DNA from: Acidobacteriota bacterium
GTDB lineage: Bacteria > Acidobacteriota > Vicinamibacteria > Vicinamibacterales > CAVVIG01
Length of the DNA: 64,000 bases
Reading direction: 5' to 3'
NCBI GenBank assembly: GCA_016195265.1
Contig: JACPZW010000009.1
Coordinates: forward strand, 1,125-65,124
Part shown: in pieces, positions 37,916-49,082 of the stretch
Layout of the letters: every line of letters starts with the position of its first letter
Position numbering within the stretch: the first letter of the stretch is position 1
Notes under the pieces: generated by a model
Seen by the model: the letters and a program-made list of their open reading frames with translations, nothing else
The model's database searches: none
Told to the model about the DNA's origin: nothing
Made by a program: the position numbers and the translations under genes

Positions 37916-38973
37916 TGGATCTTCTTCAGCTCGCCCTGATAGGTCGTCGAATGATCCGTCGTGATGCGGACGTCGAACGCCAGGGCTTCGTAGCCGGGTG
38001 CGCGCACTTCGATGCGGTGCGGCCCGGTCTCGATGCGCAGTTTCTGGAAGAGCCCGTCGAAGTCGTCGACGATGCCGACGTAGTAGCCGTCCACGTAGAC
38101 CTCGGCTTCTCGCGGCTTAATCTTCAGCTTGAGCGCGCCCTCTTCCTTATATACGGCGTTGGACTGGTAGGTGGGATAGCCGCCGTACCACGGATCGTAA
38201 AAGCCGCCGTAATCGCCGCCGTAACCGTAGCCGTAGCCGCCGTAACCGAACCCGCCGTACCCGTACGGATCGTAGAAGCCGCCGTAGTACCCGCCCGGAT
38301 ACAGGACGACGACACCCGGCTTCGTGGTCGTGCCGCCGGGATCGCCCGTGCGCGGCGTCGCGATGCCGATCACGGGCCGGCCGTCGCGTGGTCTCGCATA
38401 CGACGGCACGCCGTCGGTCGCGTCCTGCGTCCGCGGATTGCGGGCGCCGCCGTCGTGTGCGGCGCGGGTACCGCCCGTGGATGTCGCCCCGTTCGCCGTG
38501 CCGGTACCGCTGGAGGTCGTGCCCGACCCGCTGCTGCTGCCGGTGGTCGCGCGCCCGCCGCGATCTCCGCGGTCACCGCCGCGATCGCCACGGTCACCGC
38601 CGCGATCGCCGCCGCCTGACACGGCCGTGCCCCCGCCGTTCGATTCACTGCGCAGCCCGGTGCCGCCGGTCGCGCCGCCGCCGTGGGCGCCCGAACGCGG
38701 GCCGCCACCGCCGCCCGACCAGCCGCCGCCTGAGGAACTCGATCCGGACCCGCCGCCGGACGTCGTCGAGCCCGTGCTCGATCCGCCGGCGCTCGATCCG
38801 CCGCCGCCCGAGGGCGCCGCCGTCGAGGCGCCACCGCCGCCACCGCCACCGCCGCGTTCCCCGCCGCTGCTCGCGGCGCCGCGGTTCTCCTGCGCGCTGG
38901 CCGGCAAAGCCAGGCACGTTCCTACGAGCACGGTCAGCGCCGCGGCGGAACAGGCAGCAAGCATTCGCTTCAT
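37912..38973 (-). CDS. Secreted low-complexity Gly/Ser/Arg/Tyr-rich protein with a C-terminal PEGA domain
   Basis: A signal peptide (MKRMLAACSAAALTVLVGTCLALPASA), GGDRGGDRGDRGGDRGDRGG and YGYGGFGYGGYGYGYGG tracts, and a PREAEVYVDGYYVG...IEVRAPGY PEGA-like end. Confidence 0.75.
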   Translation of the reverse strand: MKRMLAACSAAALTVLVGTCLALPASAQENRGAASSGGERGGGGGGGGASTAAPSGGGGSSAGGSSTGSTTSGGGSGSSSSGGGWSGGGGGPRSGAHGGGATGGTGLRSESNGGGTAVSGGGDRGGDRGDRGGDRGDRGGRATTGSSSGSGTTSSGTGTANGATSTGGTRAAHDGGARNPRTQDATDGVPSYARPRDGRPVIGIATPRTGDPGGTTTKPGVVVLYPGGYYGGFYDPYGYGGFGYGGYGYGYGGDYGGFYDPWYGGYPTYQSNAVYKEEGALKLKIKPREAEVYVDGYYVGIVDDFDGLFQKLRIETGPHRIEVRAPGYEALAFDVRITTDHSTTYQGELKKIQ

Positions 38974-39118
38974 GGCAGAGATCCTCATGTACGGAAACCA
39001 GCAACCCATCTGCCAAACGAGACGTTCGGAATCGCCCCAGTATCGGCCTGTTCGGGATGATTTGCACGTACATAAGCGGGGCGTCCGTCCCCCGGCGAGC
39101 ACACGCCGTCCCGTTTTC

Positions 39119-39147
39119 TTGACACCCCGATCCACGGCCGATACAGT
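39119..39147 (+). promoter_or_regulatory. Candidate sigma-70-type promoter for hslVU
   Basis: TTGACA (39119-24), a 17-nt spacer and TACAGT (39142-47), ending 11 nt before ATG 39159. Confidence 0.35.
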
Positions 39148-39158
39148 CGGAAGAAACC

Positions 39159-39685
39159 ATGTTTCACAGCACAACCATCCTTGCCGTCCGCCATCGGGAC
39201 CGGGCCGTGCTGGCCGGCGACGGCCAGGTGACGCTGGGGCAGACGGTGGTCAAGCACCGGGCCCGGAAGATCCGGCGTCTGTACAACGACAAGATTCTGG
39301 CGGGCTTCGCGGGCTCGGCCGCGGACTCCTTCGCGCTCTTTTCGCGGTTCGAGTCCAAGCTCGAGCAGTACCGTGGCAACCTGGAGCGGTCTGCCGTCGA
39401 GCTCGCCAAGGACTGGCGCACCGACCGCGTGCTGCGGCGGCTGGAGGCCATGCTCGTCGTGCTCGACAAGGGCTCGACGTTCTTGTTGTCTGGCACCGGT
39501 GATTTGATCGAGCCCGACGACGGCATCGCGGCGATCGGATCGGGCGGGCCCTACGCGCTGGCGGCGGCGCGGGCGCTCTCGGCCAACACCGAGCTCGACG
39601 CGCGCGCGATCGCCGAAAAGGCGATGGCGATTGCGGCCGAGATCTGCATCTATACGAACGCGCAGATCGTCGTGGAAGAACTGTA

Positions 39686-39686
<1 letters not shown>
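39159..39686 (+). CDS. hslV: ATP-dependent protease subunit HslV
   Basis: [12 protein letters not shown] contains the N-terminal Thr nucleophile. GDGQVT and [10 protein letters not shown] are also present. Confidence 0.96.
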
Positions 39687-41061
<1,375 letters not shown>

Positions 41062-41065
<4 letters not shown>

Positions 41066-42408
41066 TCTCACGACGTCCAACGCAGAACTCGCAGAACACG
41101 CGGTGCCATCTCTTCTCTGCGGGTTCAGCGGTTTCTGCGCTGTGCGTCGTCTTGCTCTGCGCGGCGTGCGGCAAGAAAGGGCCGCCGCTGCCGCCGCTCG
41201 TCAAGCTGCCGACGCCGCCCGCGGAATTCAGCGCCGAGCGTCGTGCCGGCACCGTCGAGTTTCGCTTCATCGTCCCCGCGGCCAACACCGACGGCACGCG
41301 CCCGGCGAACGTCACGCGCGTGGACGTCTACGCGCTGCCTCCGCCGGCCGAACCGGATCCCCTCGCCGCGCCGGGCCCGGTCGTTCCGCCGCCGCCGCTG
41401 ACCGTTGACGAGATTCTGAAGTCCGCGACGAAGGTCGCGAGCGTGGCCGTGAAGGCGCCGCGCGATCCGAACGCGACCATCGAGCCCGACGATCCCGATT
41501 CGGACCTGGATGCGCCCGAAGGCAGGGGCCTCGATCAGGGCGTGGCCGCGCGGGTATCGGACGATCTGGTCTCCGAACTCCTCGCGCCTGTCGCGGCGAA
41601 GCGCACGAAGGCTCCGAAGTTGACGGCGCGCTGGAGCCCGGACGAGGATGCGCCGCGGCCGCTGCTCTCGCCGCGGTGGATCACGCCCGCGCGCACCTAC
41701 GTGGCCGTCGGCGTCACGACGCGCGGCCGTCCCGGTCCGCTGTCGGCGCGCGTGGCGGTGCCACTGCTGGATCCGCCCGAGCCGCCCGATTCCGCGGAGT
41801 TCAGCTACGCCGAGACGGCGATCGCCGTGACGTGGACGCCGGTCTCGCCGCGCGCCGCGATCCAGGATCCGGTCGCGGAAGACGAGGACACGCTGCCGTC
41901 GCGGCCCGTCGGCGTGGAACTGCCGACGATCGCGTATAACGTCTACGACGCCGCGTCGGATCTCCGGTTGACGCCGGCGCCGATTCCCACCGCGGAATTT
42001 TCGGATGCGCGCATCGCCTGGAACGAGGAGCGCTGCTACGCCGTGCGCGCCGTCGAGACGCTGAACGGCCTGTCGATCGAGAGCGAGGCCGCGTTCACTT
42101 CGTGTGAGACGCTCGTCGATACGTTCCCGCCCAAGGCGCCAAGAGGTCTAGACGCCGTGCCGGGCGAGGGCTGGATCAGTCTCATCTGGGAGCCGAACAC
42201 CGAAAAGGATCTCGCGGGCTACATCGTGTTGCGCGGGTCCGCGCCGGGCGACGAGCTGGAGCCAATCACGCCCGCGCCGATTCAGGAGACGTTCTTCAAG
42301 GACGCGGTCGCCGCCGGCGCGACCTACGTGTACGCCGTCAAGGCCGTCGATGCGGCCGGCAACGCGAGCGAGCTCTCGAATCGCAGACAGGAATCCGCGC
42401 GGGATTAA
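41062..42408 (+). CDS. Lipoprotein with fibronectin type III-like domains
   Basis: The lipobox is VVLLCAAC|GKK. The protein has Pro-rich linkers and a C-terminal FN3-like region ([19 protein letters not shown]...[14 protein letters not shown]). The GTG overlaps the hslU stop codon. Confidence 0.7.
41081..41146. repeat. CGCAGAA/TTCTGCG inverted array across the 5' end of the lipoprotein gene
   Basis: CGCAGAA is at 41081 and 41090. The inverted units are ttctctgcg at 41113, TTCTGCG at 41133 and tgtgcg at 41141. Confidence 0.55.
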
Positions 42409-42426
42409 GTTAGAATTGTCACGCGC

Positions 42427-43200
42427 ATGGATCGCGTCTACCGCATCAGCCATCAGGGCGCCGTGCAGCATGCCGTCGAGCGCGAGGGCGCGCTGCACCG
42501 GATCGGCGGCGACGTGTTCGGCGGTTACACGCTGAGCGAGGCCATTCCCGGCGGCCTGAACGCGGCCGGGCTGCGCGTGCTCGCGCCCGTCACTCCGTCG
42601 AAAATCGTCTGCGTCGGGCTCAACTACAAGGATCACGCCGCTGAGAGCGGCGTGACGCTGCCGGACGAGCCGCTGCTGTTCTTCAAACCGCCGACCGCGG
42701 TCATCGGGCCGGGGGATCGGATCCGGTTGCCGCCCGGCGTCGGACGCGTCGATCACGAAGCGGAGCTGGCGCTCGTCATCGGACGCCGCGCGCACCGCGT
42801 GCCGCGCGCCCGCGCGTGGGAGTACGTGTGCGGCCTGACGTGCCTCAACGACGTCACCGCGCGCGAGATGCAGCACAAGGAGTCGCAGTTCACGCGCTGC
42901 AAGGGATTCGACACGTTCTCGCCCGTCGGGCCGTGCATCGTCACCGGACTCAACGGCGAGCCGCGCAACGTCGAGGCGTGGGTCAACGGCGGGCGACGCC
43001 AGGCGTCGAACACGCGGCATCTGATTTTCCCGATCGACTACCTCATCGAGTACATCTCGTTCGTGATGACGCTCGAGCCCGGCGACATCGTCTCGACGGG
43101 CACGCCCGAAGGCGTTGGACCTATCACCGCCGGCGATACGGTAACGGTGAGCGTGGAAGGCGTCGGCGAGTTGAGCAATCCGGTGATGAATGAACAATGA
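42427..43200 (+). CDS. Fumarylacetoacetate hydrolase-family protein
   Basis: Motifs include KIVCVGLNYKDHA, FFKPPTAVIGPGD, HEAELALVIG and GDIVSTGTPEGVG. Confidence 0.9.
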   Translation: MDRVYRISHQGAVQHAVEREGALHRIGGDVFGGYTLSEAIPGGLNAAGLRVLAPVTPSKIVCVGLNYKDHAAESGVTLPDEPLLFFKPPTAVIGPGDRIRLPPGVGRVDHEAELALVIGRRAHRVPRARAWEYVCGLTCLNDVTAREMQHKESQFTRCKGFDTFSPVGPCIVTGLNGEPRNVEAWVNGGRRQASNTRHLIFPIDYLIEYISFVMTLEPGDIVSTGTPEGVGPITAGDTVTVSVEGVGELSNPVMNEQ

Positions 43201-43293
43201 GAGTTCAGATTTCAGAGTTCAGATTTCAGATTGATTGCAGATCTTGTGACTTGCCCCTCAATCTGAAATCTGAACTCTGAATTCTGAAATCTC
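43201..43293. repeat. Long heptad hairpin, (TTCAGAK)n versus (MTCTGAA)n
   Basis: 43211-43231 is the exact complement of 43261-43281 (21 bp). Pairing extends to about 30 bp with mismatches, around a 29-nt loop. The element starts at the first base after the upstream stop codon. Confidence 0.9.
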
Positions 43294-43306
43294 GGGAGTA
43301 TTTCTC

Positions 43307-43960
43307 ATGAAGCTCTTCATCGACTCCGGCAACATCAAGGACATCGAGACGCTGACGGCGCTGGGCATCATCGACGGCGTGACGACCAATCCGTCGCTGC
43401 TCGCCAAGGAGCCAGGCGACTATCGCGACAACCTCAAGCGCATTTGCCAGATCGTCAAAGGCCCCGTCAGCGGCGAAGTGACGGCGACCGACTTCGCCGG
43501 CATGCTGCAGCAGGGCCACGACGTCGCGAAGATCGATCCGCACATGGTCGTGAAGGTCCCGCTGACGCGCGAGGGCATCAAGACGTGCACGGCGCTCTCG
43601 GGCGAGGGCATTCGCGTCAATGTGACGCTCTGCTTCTCGGCCGCACAGGCGCTGCTCGCGGCGAAGGCGGGCGCGGCCTACATCAGCCCCTTCGTCGGCC
43701 GGCTCGACGACATCGCCACCAACGGCATGGCCCTGATTCGCGAGATCGTGGACATCTACAACAACTACGACTTCAAGACCGAGATCCTGGTCGCCAGCTG
43801 CCGTCACCCGATTCACGTCGTCGAAGCGGCGCGCATGGGCGCCGACGTCGCGACGTGTCCGCCCGCGGTGATCGATCAGATGTTCAATCACCCGCTGACG
43901 AACATCGGGCTGGAAAAATTCCTGAAGGACTGGGAGAAATCGCAGGCTGTCAAAGCGTAG
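43307..43960 (+). CDS. fsa: Fructose-6-phosphate aldolase / type 3B transaldolase
   Basis: Motifs include [22 protein letters not shown] (the Schiff-base Lys region) and [10 protein letters not shown]. Confidence 0.93.
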   Translation: MKLFIDSGNIKDIETLTALGIIDGVTTNPSLLAKEPGDYRDNLKRICQIVKGPVSGEVTATDFAGMLQQGHDVAKIDPHMVVKVPLTREGIKTCTALSGEGIRVNVTLCFSAAQALLAAKAGAAYISPFVGRLDDIATNGMALIREIVDIYNNYDFKTEILVASCRHPIHVVEAARMGADVATCPPAVIDQMFNHPLTNIGLEKFLKDWEKSQAVKA

Positions 43961-44005
43961 GGGCCGCCTTGGTCGGCCCGAGGGCGGAGCAAGCTCCGCC
44001 CCTAC
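43957..44005. repeat. REP-doublet element, reverse copy of 12592-12644
   Basis: The element is GTAGGGGCCGCCTTGGTCGGCCCGAGGGCGGAGCAAGCTCCGCCCCTAC. Its GTAG head overlaps the fsa TAG stop codon. Confidence 0.8.
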
Positions 44006-44008
44006 GAG

Positions 44009-44060
44009 CCAGCCACCCATCACTAGCCACCCGTCACCAGCCACCAGTCACCAGCCACCA
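44009..44060. repeat. CCAGCCA-family array running up to the next start codon
   Basis: The sequence is ccagccacccatcactagccacccgtcaccagccaccagtcaccagccacca. Confidence 0.7.
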
Positions 44061-44061
44061 C

Positions 44062-45603
44062 ATGGATCCTCTCAAGACTCTCTCAGACCTCGAACGGCGC
44101 GCCGAACTCGGCGGCGGACAGGATCGGCTCGACCGGCAGCGTGAAGGCGGCAAGCTGACCGCGCGCGAGCGCATCGAGCTGCTCTTCGACCCCGGCACGT
44201 TCGAGGAAGTGGACAAGCTCGTCACGCACCGGTGCATCGACTTCGGGATGGATCAACAGATCGTGCCGGGCGACGGCGTCGTCGCCGGCCATGGGTTCAT
44301 CGACGGCCGCCAGGTGTTCGCGTTCGCGCAGGACTTCACCGTCTTCGGCGGATCGCTGTCCGAGACCAACGCGGCGAAGATTGTGAAGATCATGGATCTC
44401 GCGATGCGGCTCGGGGCGCCGCTGGTCGGGCTGAACGATTCAGGCGGCGCGCGCATTCAGGAAGGCGTGCTCTCGCTCGGCGGCTACGCGGACATCTTTC
44501 TCCGCAACACGCTGGCGTCGGGCGTCATCCCGCAGATCTCCGCGATCATGGGGCCGTGCGCCGGGGGAGCGGTGTACTCGCCCGCGATCACCGACTTCAC
44601 GATCATGGTCCGCGACACGAGCTACATGTTCGTGACCGGGCCCGACGTACTAAAGACGGTAACCCATGAAAATGTAAACAAAGACGAGCTCGGTGGCGCC
44701 ATGACGCACAACGAGAAAAGCGGCGTGGCGCACTTCGCCGTGGACGACGACCGCGAGTGCCTGGCGCTGCTGCGCGATCTGCTGTCGTTCATGCCGAGCA
44801 ACAACCTCGACGACCCGCCGCGCGCGTCCACGAGCGACCCGCCGGATCGCGAAGACGAGGCGCTCGACCGGATCGTGCCGCCGTCGCCGAATCAGCCGTA
44901 CGACATGCTCGACGTGATCCACGCCGTCGTGGACGAGGGCTACTTCCTGGAAGTCCACCGGCACTTTGCGAAGAACATCCTCGTCGGGTTCGCCCGGCTC
45001 GACGGCCGGCCGGTCGGCATCGTCGCGAATCAGCCGGCCGTGCTCGCCGGTACGCTGGACATCGACGCGGCCGTGAAGGGCGCCCGCTTCGTGCGCTTCT
45101 GCGACTGTTTCAACATCCCGCTCGTCACGTTCGAGGACGTGCCAGGTTTCCTCCCCGGGACGCAACAGGAGTTCGGCGGCATCATCAGGCACGGCGCAAA
45201 GTTGCTCTTCGCATTCGCCGAAGCGACGGTGCCCAAAGTGACGGTCATCACGCGGAAGGCGTACGGCGGCGCGTACTGCGTGATGTCGAGCAAGCACATC
45301 CGGACCGATTTCAACTACGCCTGGCCGACCGCCGAAATCGCGGTCATGGGCCCGGAGGGCGCCGTAAATATTCTGTATAAGCGCGAGCTCGAAGCGGCGG
45401 CGGACCCGGCACAGGCCCGCGCCCAGAAGATCGAGGAGTTCCGCGAGAAATTCGCCAACCCCTACATCGCGGCCGGCCGCGGCTTTGTCGATGAGGTCAT
45501 TCATCCGCGCGAGACGCGGCGCAAGCTGATCACCGCGCTCAAGAACCTCGAGAACAAGCGCGACAAGAACCCGCCGAAGAAGCACGGCAACATTCCGCTC
45601 TAA
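44062..45603 (+). CDS. pccB: Acyl-CoA carboxylase carboxyltransferase subunit (propionyl-CoA carboxylase beta-like)
   Basis: Motifs include [47 protein letters not shown] and [13 protein letters not shown]. The start is ATG 44062, not track position 43444. Confidence 0.9.
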   Translation: MDPLKTLSDLERRAELGGGQDRLDRQREGGKLTARERIELLFDPGTFEEVDKLVTHRCIDFGMDQQIVPGDGVVAGHGFIDGRQVFAFAQDFTVFGGSLSETNAAKIVKIMDLAMRLGAPLVGLNDSGGARIQEGVLSLGGYADIFLRNTLASGVIPQISAIMGPCAGGAVYSPAITDFTIMVRDTSYMFVTGPDVLKTVTHENVNKDELGGAMTHNEKSGVAHFAVDDDRECLALLRDLLSFMPSNNLDDPPRASTSDPPDREDEALDRIVPPSPNQPYDMLDVIHAVVDEGYFLEVHRHFAKNILVGFARLDGRPVGIVANQPAVLAGTLDIDAAVKGARFVRFCDCFNIPLVTFEDVPGFLPGTQQEFGGIIRHGAKLLFAFAEATVPKVTVITRKAYGGAYCVMSSKHIRTDFNYAWPTAEIAVMGPEGAVNILYKRELEAAADPAQARAQKIEEFREKFANPYIAAGRGFVDEVIHPRETRRKLITALKNLENKRDKNPPKKHGNIPL

Positions 45604-45876
45604 GCTGTCACCTCGCCGGTTTTTTGGATCGTCGGCGCGAAAATCCCCGCGCTCCGACGAAATCGTGCGATGCCCGCGCGATTTGACGCACTTGTCCGTT
45701 GACATCCCGTGACAGGCAGCGTATTCATACGTCGCTCGTGCGAGACATCTTGCTGACCCCGCGCTTCCGCTGTACCTGTCCGTAGAGGCCACGCGCACTG
45801 CGCGCGTCGCCTCTCATTTCGCATCGCCGCGTTTCGGTCGCCGACCTGTCGTTCACTCAATACGGAGGAGAGATTC

Positions 45877-48800
45877 ATGCTTCGACGGACATCGATTGCA
45901 GCAGCTGTCTTCGCGCTGGCGCTGCTGGCCGCTGGGCCGGCGTACGCGCAGTCCACGGCGACGCTCCAAGGCACCATCACCGACACGCAGAACGCGGTCA
46001 TGCCCGGCGTCACGATTTCCATCAAGAACGTCGCGACCGGCGCCGAGCGTACGGTCGTCACCGACGCGGCCGGCCAGTACGTGGCCGCGTCGCTGGCGCC
46101 GGGCCGCTACACCATCGTCGCGCATCTCGAAGGGTTCAAGGACACGACGACGGACGTGGTGCTCGAGGTCGCGCAGATCGCCGTGGTCAATGTGAAGCTC
46201 GGCCTCGCGGCGATCGCCGAGAACGTCACGGTCACCGGCGCTTCACCGCTCATCGAGACCGCGACGGTCTCGGTCGGCCAGGTCATGGCTGAGCGCACCG
46301 TTCAGGAGATTCCGCTCAACGGCCGGCACTTCGTCGATCTCGGGCCGCTGATGCCCGGCGGCAGCACGGCGCCGCAGAACGCCGGGTTGAGCGCGCCGCT
46401 GCGCGGCCAGGGCTCGTTCTCCTTCATGTCGGCGGGCAACCGCGAGACGTCCGTCAACTTCATGATCAACGGCATCAACCTGAACGACTTGTCCAACTCG
46501 CAGGTGACGTTCCAGCCGTCGATCAACACGGTGTCGGAGTTCAAGGTCGACAACTCGACGTTCAGCGCCGAGTACGGCCGCAACTCGGGCGCGATCGTCA
46601 ACGTCGCGACGCGCTCTGGCAGCAACACGCTGCACGGCGAGGCGTTCGACTTCTACCGCGACGACAAGTACGACTCGCGCAACTATTTCAACCCGGAGCC
46701 GGCGGCGCAGTCGGTGTTCAACCGCAAGCAGTTCGGGGTCAACCTCGGCGCGCCGATCGTGAAGAACCGCACGTTCGTCTTCGGCAGCTACGAGGGGCTG
46801 CGGCATCTGCAGGCCGTCGATCTCAACTCCGGCACGCTGACCGCCGCGCAGCGGGCAGCGGTGACCGACCCGCTGGCGAAAAGACTTCTGACCTACATCC
46901 CGGCGGCCAACGACTCCACGGGAACGCGCGTCATCGGCTCGGCCCTGGCGCCCGTGGACATCGACCAGTACACGGTGGATCTTCGCAACAACCTCAAGCA
47001 GAACGACGATCTCCATTGGTACTACGCGTTTCAGAAGGACCTCCGCCAGGAGCCCAACGCGCAGGGCAACACGGTGGCCGGGTTCGGCGACACGCGCGGC
47101 GCTCACCGGCAGGTGATGACCGTCAACGAAACGCACGTCTTCAGCCAGGCGCTCGTCAACGAGGCGCGGTTCGGCTTCAATCGGATCCACATCAGCTTCG
47201 ATCCGAACACGCTCGTCAACACCGCGGATCTCGGGATCAACGTCGGGCAAACTGTCTTCCCGATCGCGCTGCCGCAAATCGCGATCTCGGGCCCCGGCCT
47301 CAACATCGGCGGGCCGGCCGGATTCCCGAGCGGCCGCGAGGTCACCACGTTCGCCGCCGGCGACACCGCGACCTATCTGCGCGGCAACCAGATCATCAAG
47401 TTCGGCGGCGAGTTCCGGCGCGTGAAGCACAACAGCTTCAACGGGGATCCGGGCAGCTTCACGTATCCGAGCATCGCGGCGTTTCAATCCGGCTTCGGCA
47501 GCGCGTTCGCCATCACGCTCGGCGATCGATCGTTCAATGCCTACGTGAACGCCATCGGCGGGTTCGTCCAGGACGCGATCTCGCTGGGCTCGAACCTGAA
47601 GCTGGACCTCGGACTCCGTTACGATTACCTCCCGTCGCCGACCGAGACCGACGACAAGCTCGTGGCCTTCGATCCGGCCACCTCGACGCTGTCGAGGATC
47701 GGCACGGGCGGCTTCACGCAGGTGACGAAGAACGGGAGCGACTTCCAGCCGCGCGTCGGCGTGATCTGGAATCCCACCGGCGACGGCAAGCTCGCCGTCC
47801 GGGGCGCGTACGCCATCATGATCAACCAGACGAACACCGGCTACTTCTCTGGAGAAACCGGCAACCCGCCGCTCGTGACACCGTTGTCCGCGCAGGCCTC
47901 CGGGACGGCCGCGAGCAACATCAAGCTCGACAACGCCATCGCGGGCGCGGCCGGCGCCGCCAGCCTCGCGCCGTCGTTCACCGACCCGAACTTCCTGCCG
48001 GGCCGCATGCAGACATGGAACGTCAACGTCGAGCGCGAGATTGGCACGATGGGCGTCATGGTCGGCTATTTCGGATCGCACGGCGACCGCCAGCGCATCC
48101 CGATCAACCTCAACCAGTTCACGACGCCGGGCGGGACCGTGCGTCCATTTGCGAGGTTGGCGGCCTCGAGTTCGATCCTGCCTGGCGCGGGGCTCGGCAA
48201 CATCACCGAAATCACCAGCCTCGGCTGGTCCGACTACAAGGGACTGTGGGTGACGGCCAACAGGCGGATGTCGCAGGGCTTGCAGATGTCCGCGTCGTAC
48301 ACGCTCTCGAAGTCGACCGACACCAACTCGTATGACCAAACGCTGACGGCGCAGGACAGCACCAACCTCGCCGACAGCGAGGCCGTGTCGGACTTCGACG
48401 TCCGGCATCGCTTCTCGCTCAACGCCAGCTACGAACTGCCGTTCAAAGGCAACCGCTGGAAGGAAGGCTGGCAGGTGGTCGTCGTCGAGCAGGCGCAGAC
48501 GGGAAACCCGCTCAACCTCGTGACGAACATCACGACGATCACGGGGACGGCGACCGTGCGGCCCGACCTCGCCGGCAGCCTGCCGACGATCACACCGACG
48601 CCGAATCTGGACGCCACGACCGGCGCCGTCACGAGTTATCAGTGGTTCGCGAGCAACACGGTCTGCGATCCGCGCCTCGCCGGCTCGTGCACGTCGTCGA
48701 CGCCGTTCGCGCTCCCGTACTCCGCGGCCGGCGTGGCGCACTTCGGCAGCCTCGCGCGCAACGCGATCATCGGGCCGGGATTTGGTGACACCGACTTGTC

Positions 48801-49011
48801 GCTCATCAAGAACGTCAAGCTGCAGGGCGCGGCGCGGATCCAACTGCGCGTCGAGGTGTTCAACCTGTTCAACCAGGCGAACCTCGGCCAGCCCGGCCGG
48901 ACGGCGACGGTCGGCAGCACGTCGTTCGGCGTGATTTCCAACACGCGGTTCCCGACGGGCGACTCCGGGTCGGCGAGGCAGATCCAGTTCGCCGCGAAAT
49001 TCCTCTTCTAG
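45877..49011 (+). CDS. TonB-dependent outer-membrane receptor with an N-terminal carboxypeptidase-regulatory-like domain
   Basis: A signal peptide, GTITDTQNAVMPGVTISIKNVATG...GRYTIVA, a plug-like region and the terminal ...FAAKFLF. A GGAGGAG ribosome-binding site is present. Confidence 0.88.
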   Translation: MLRRTSIAAAVFALALLAAGPAYAQSTATLQGTITDTQNAVMPGVTISIKNVATGAERTVVTDAAGQYVAASLAPGRYTIVAHLEGFKDTTTDVVLEVAQIAVVNVKLGLAAIAENVTVTGASPLIETATVSVGQVMAERTVQEIPLNGRHFVDLGPLMPGGSTAPQNAGLSAPLRGQGSFSFMSAGNRETSVNFMINGINLNDLSNSQVTFQPSINTVSEFKVDNSTFSAEYGRNSGAIVNVATRSGSNTLHGEAFDFYRDDKYDSRNYFNPEPAAQSVFNRKQFGVNLGAPIVKNRTFVFGSYEGLRHLQAVDLNSGTLTAAQRAAVTDPLAKRLLTYIPAANDSTGTRVIGSALAPVDIDQYTVDLRNNLKQNDDLHWYYAFQKDLRQEPNAQGNTVAGFGDTRGAHRQVMTVNETHVFSQALVNEARFGFNRIHISFDPNTLVNTADLGINVGQTVFPIALPQIAISGPGLNIGGPAGFPSGREVTTFAAGDTATYLRGNQIIKFGGEFRRVKHNSFNGDPGSFTYPSIAAFQSGFGSAFAITLGDRSFNAYVNAIGGFVQDAISLGSNLKLDLGLRYDYLPSPTETDDKLVAFDPATSTLSRIGTGGFTQVTKNGSDFQPRVGVIWNPTGDGKLAVRGAYAIMINQTNTGYFSGETGNPPLVTPLSAQASGTAASNIKLDNAIAGAAGAASLAPSFTDPNFLPGRMQTWNVNVEREIGTMGVMVGYFGSHGDRQRIPINLNQFTTPGGTVRPFARLAASSSILPGAGLGNITEITSLGWSDYKGLWVTANRRMSQGLQMSASYTLSKSTDTNSYDQTLTAQDSTNLADSEAVSDFDVRHRFSLNASYELPFKGNRWKEGWQVVVVEQAQTGNPLNLVTNITTITGTATVRPDLAGSLPTITPTPNLDATTGAVTSYQWFASNTVCDPRLAGSCTSSTPFALPYSAAGVAHFGSLARNAIIGPGFGDTDLSLIKNVKLQGAARIQLRVEVFNLFNQANLGQPGRTATVGSTSFGVISNTRFPTGDSGSARQIQFAAKFLF

Positions 49012-49015
49012 ATGA

Positions 49016-49073
49016 GTAGGGCGGGTCCTTTGGGACCCGCCTGATCGGGCCGGGTCCGAAAGGACCCGGCCTA
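49016..49073. repeat. REPIN: two inverted GTAGG-headed REP units
   Basis: GTAGGGCGGGTCCTTTGGGACCCGCC-tgatcgg-GCCGGGTCCGAAAGGACCCGGCCTAC. Confidence 0.88.
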
Positions 49074-49082
49074 CAACATCCT

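Noticed and set aside
39100-39158. Sigma-32 heat-shock promoter upstream of hslV
   Set aside because: CTTGACA is followed immediately by CCCCGAT, so the CCCCAT-like box has no proper spacing. Only a sigma-70-like TTGACA-N17-TACAGT match is reported, at low confidence.
38324-39502. 392-aa Pro-rich plus-strand ORF
   Set aside because: It is the mirror image of the Gly-rich PEGA gene (GGN codons read as NCC) and it runs through the hslV start. The minus-strand gene has a signal peptide and a PEGA domain.
43444-44061. N-terminal extension of the carboxyltransferase ORF
   Set aside because: It overlaps fsa out of frame and then crosses REP and heptad repeats. Homology begins at ATG 44062.
45604-45876. 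273-nt leader before the TonB receptor, examined for a riboswitch (for example cobalamin) and a promoter
   Set aside because: I could not recognise a B12 box or any other riboswitch core. TTGACA (45699) -N17- TATTCA is only a weak promoter match. The region is left unannotated.
46243-48843. 866-aa minus-strand ORF
   Set aside because: It is antisense to the TonB-dependent receptor. It is Arg-rich and has no motifs.
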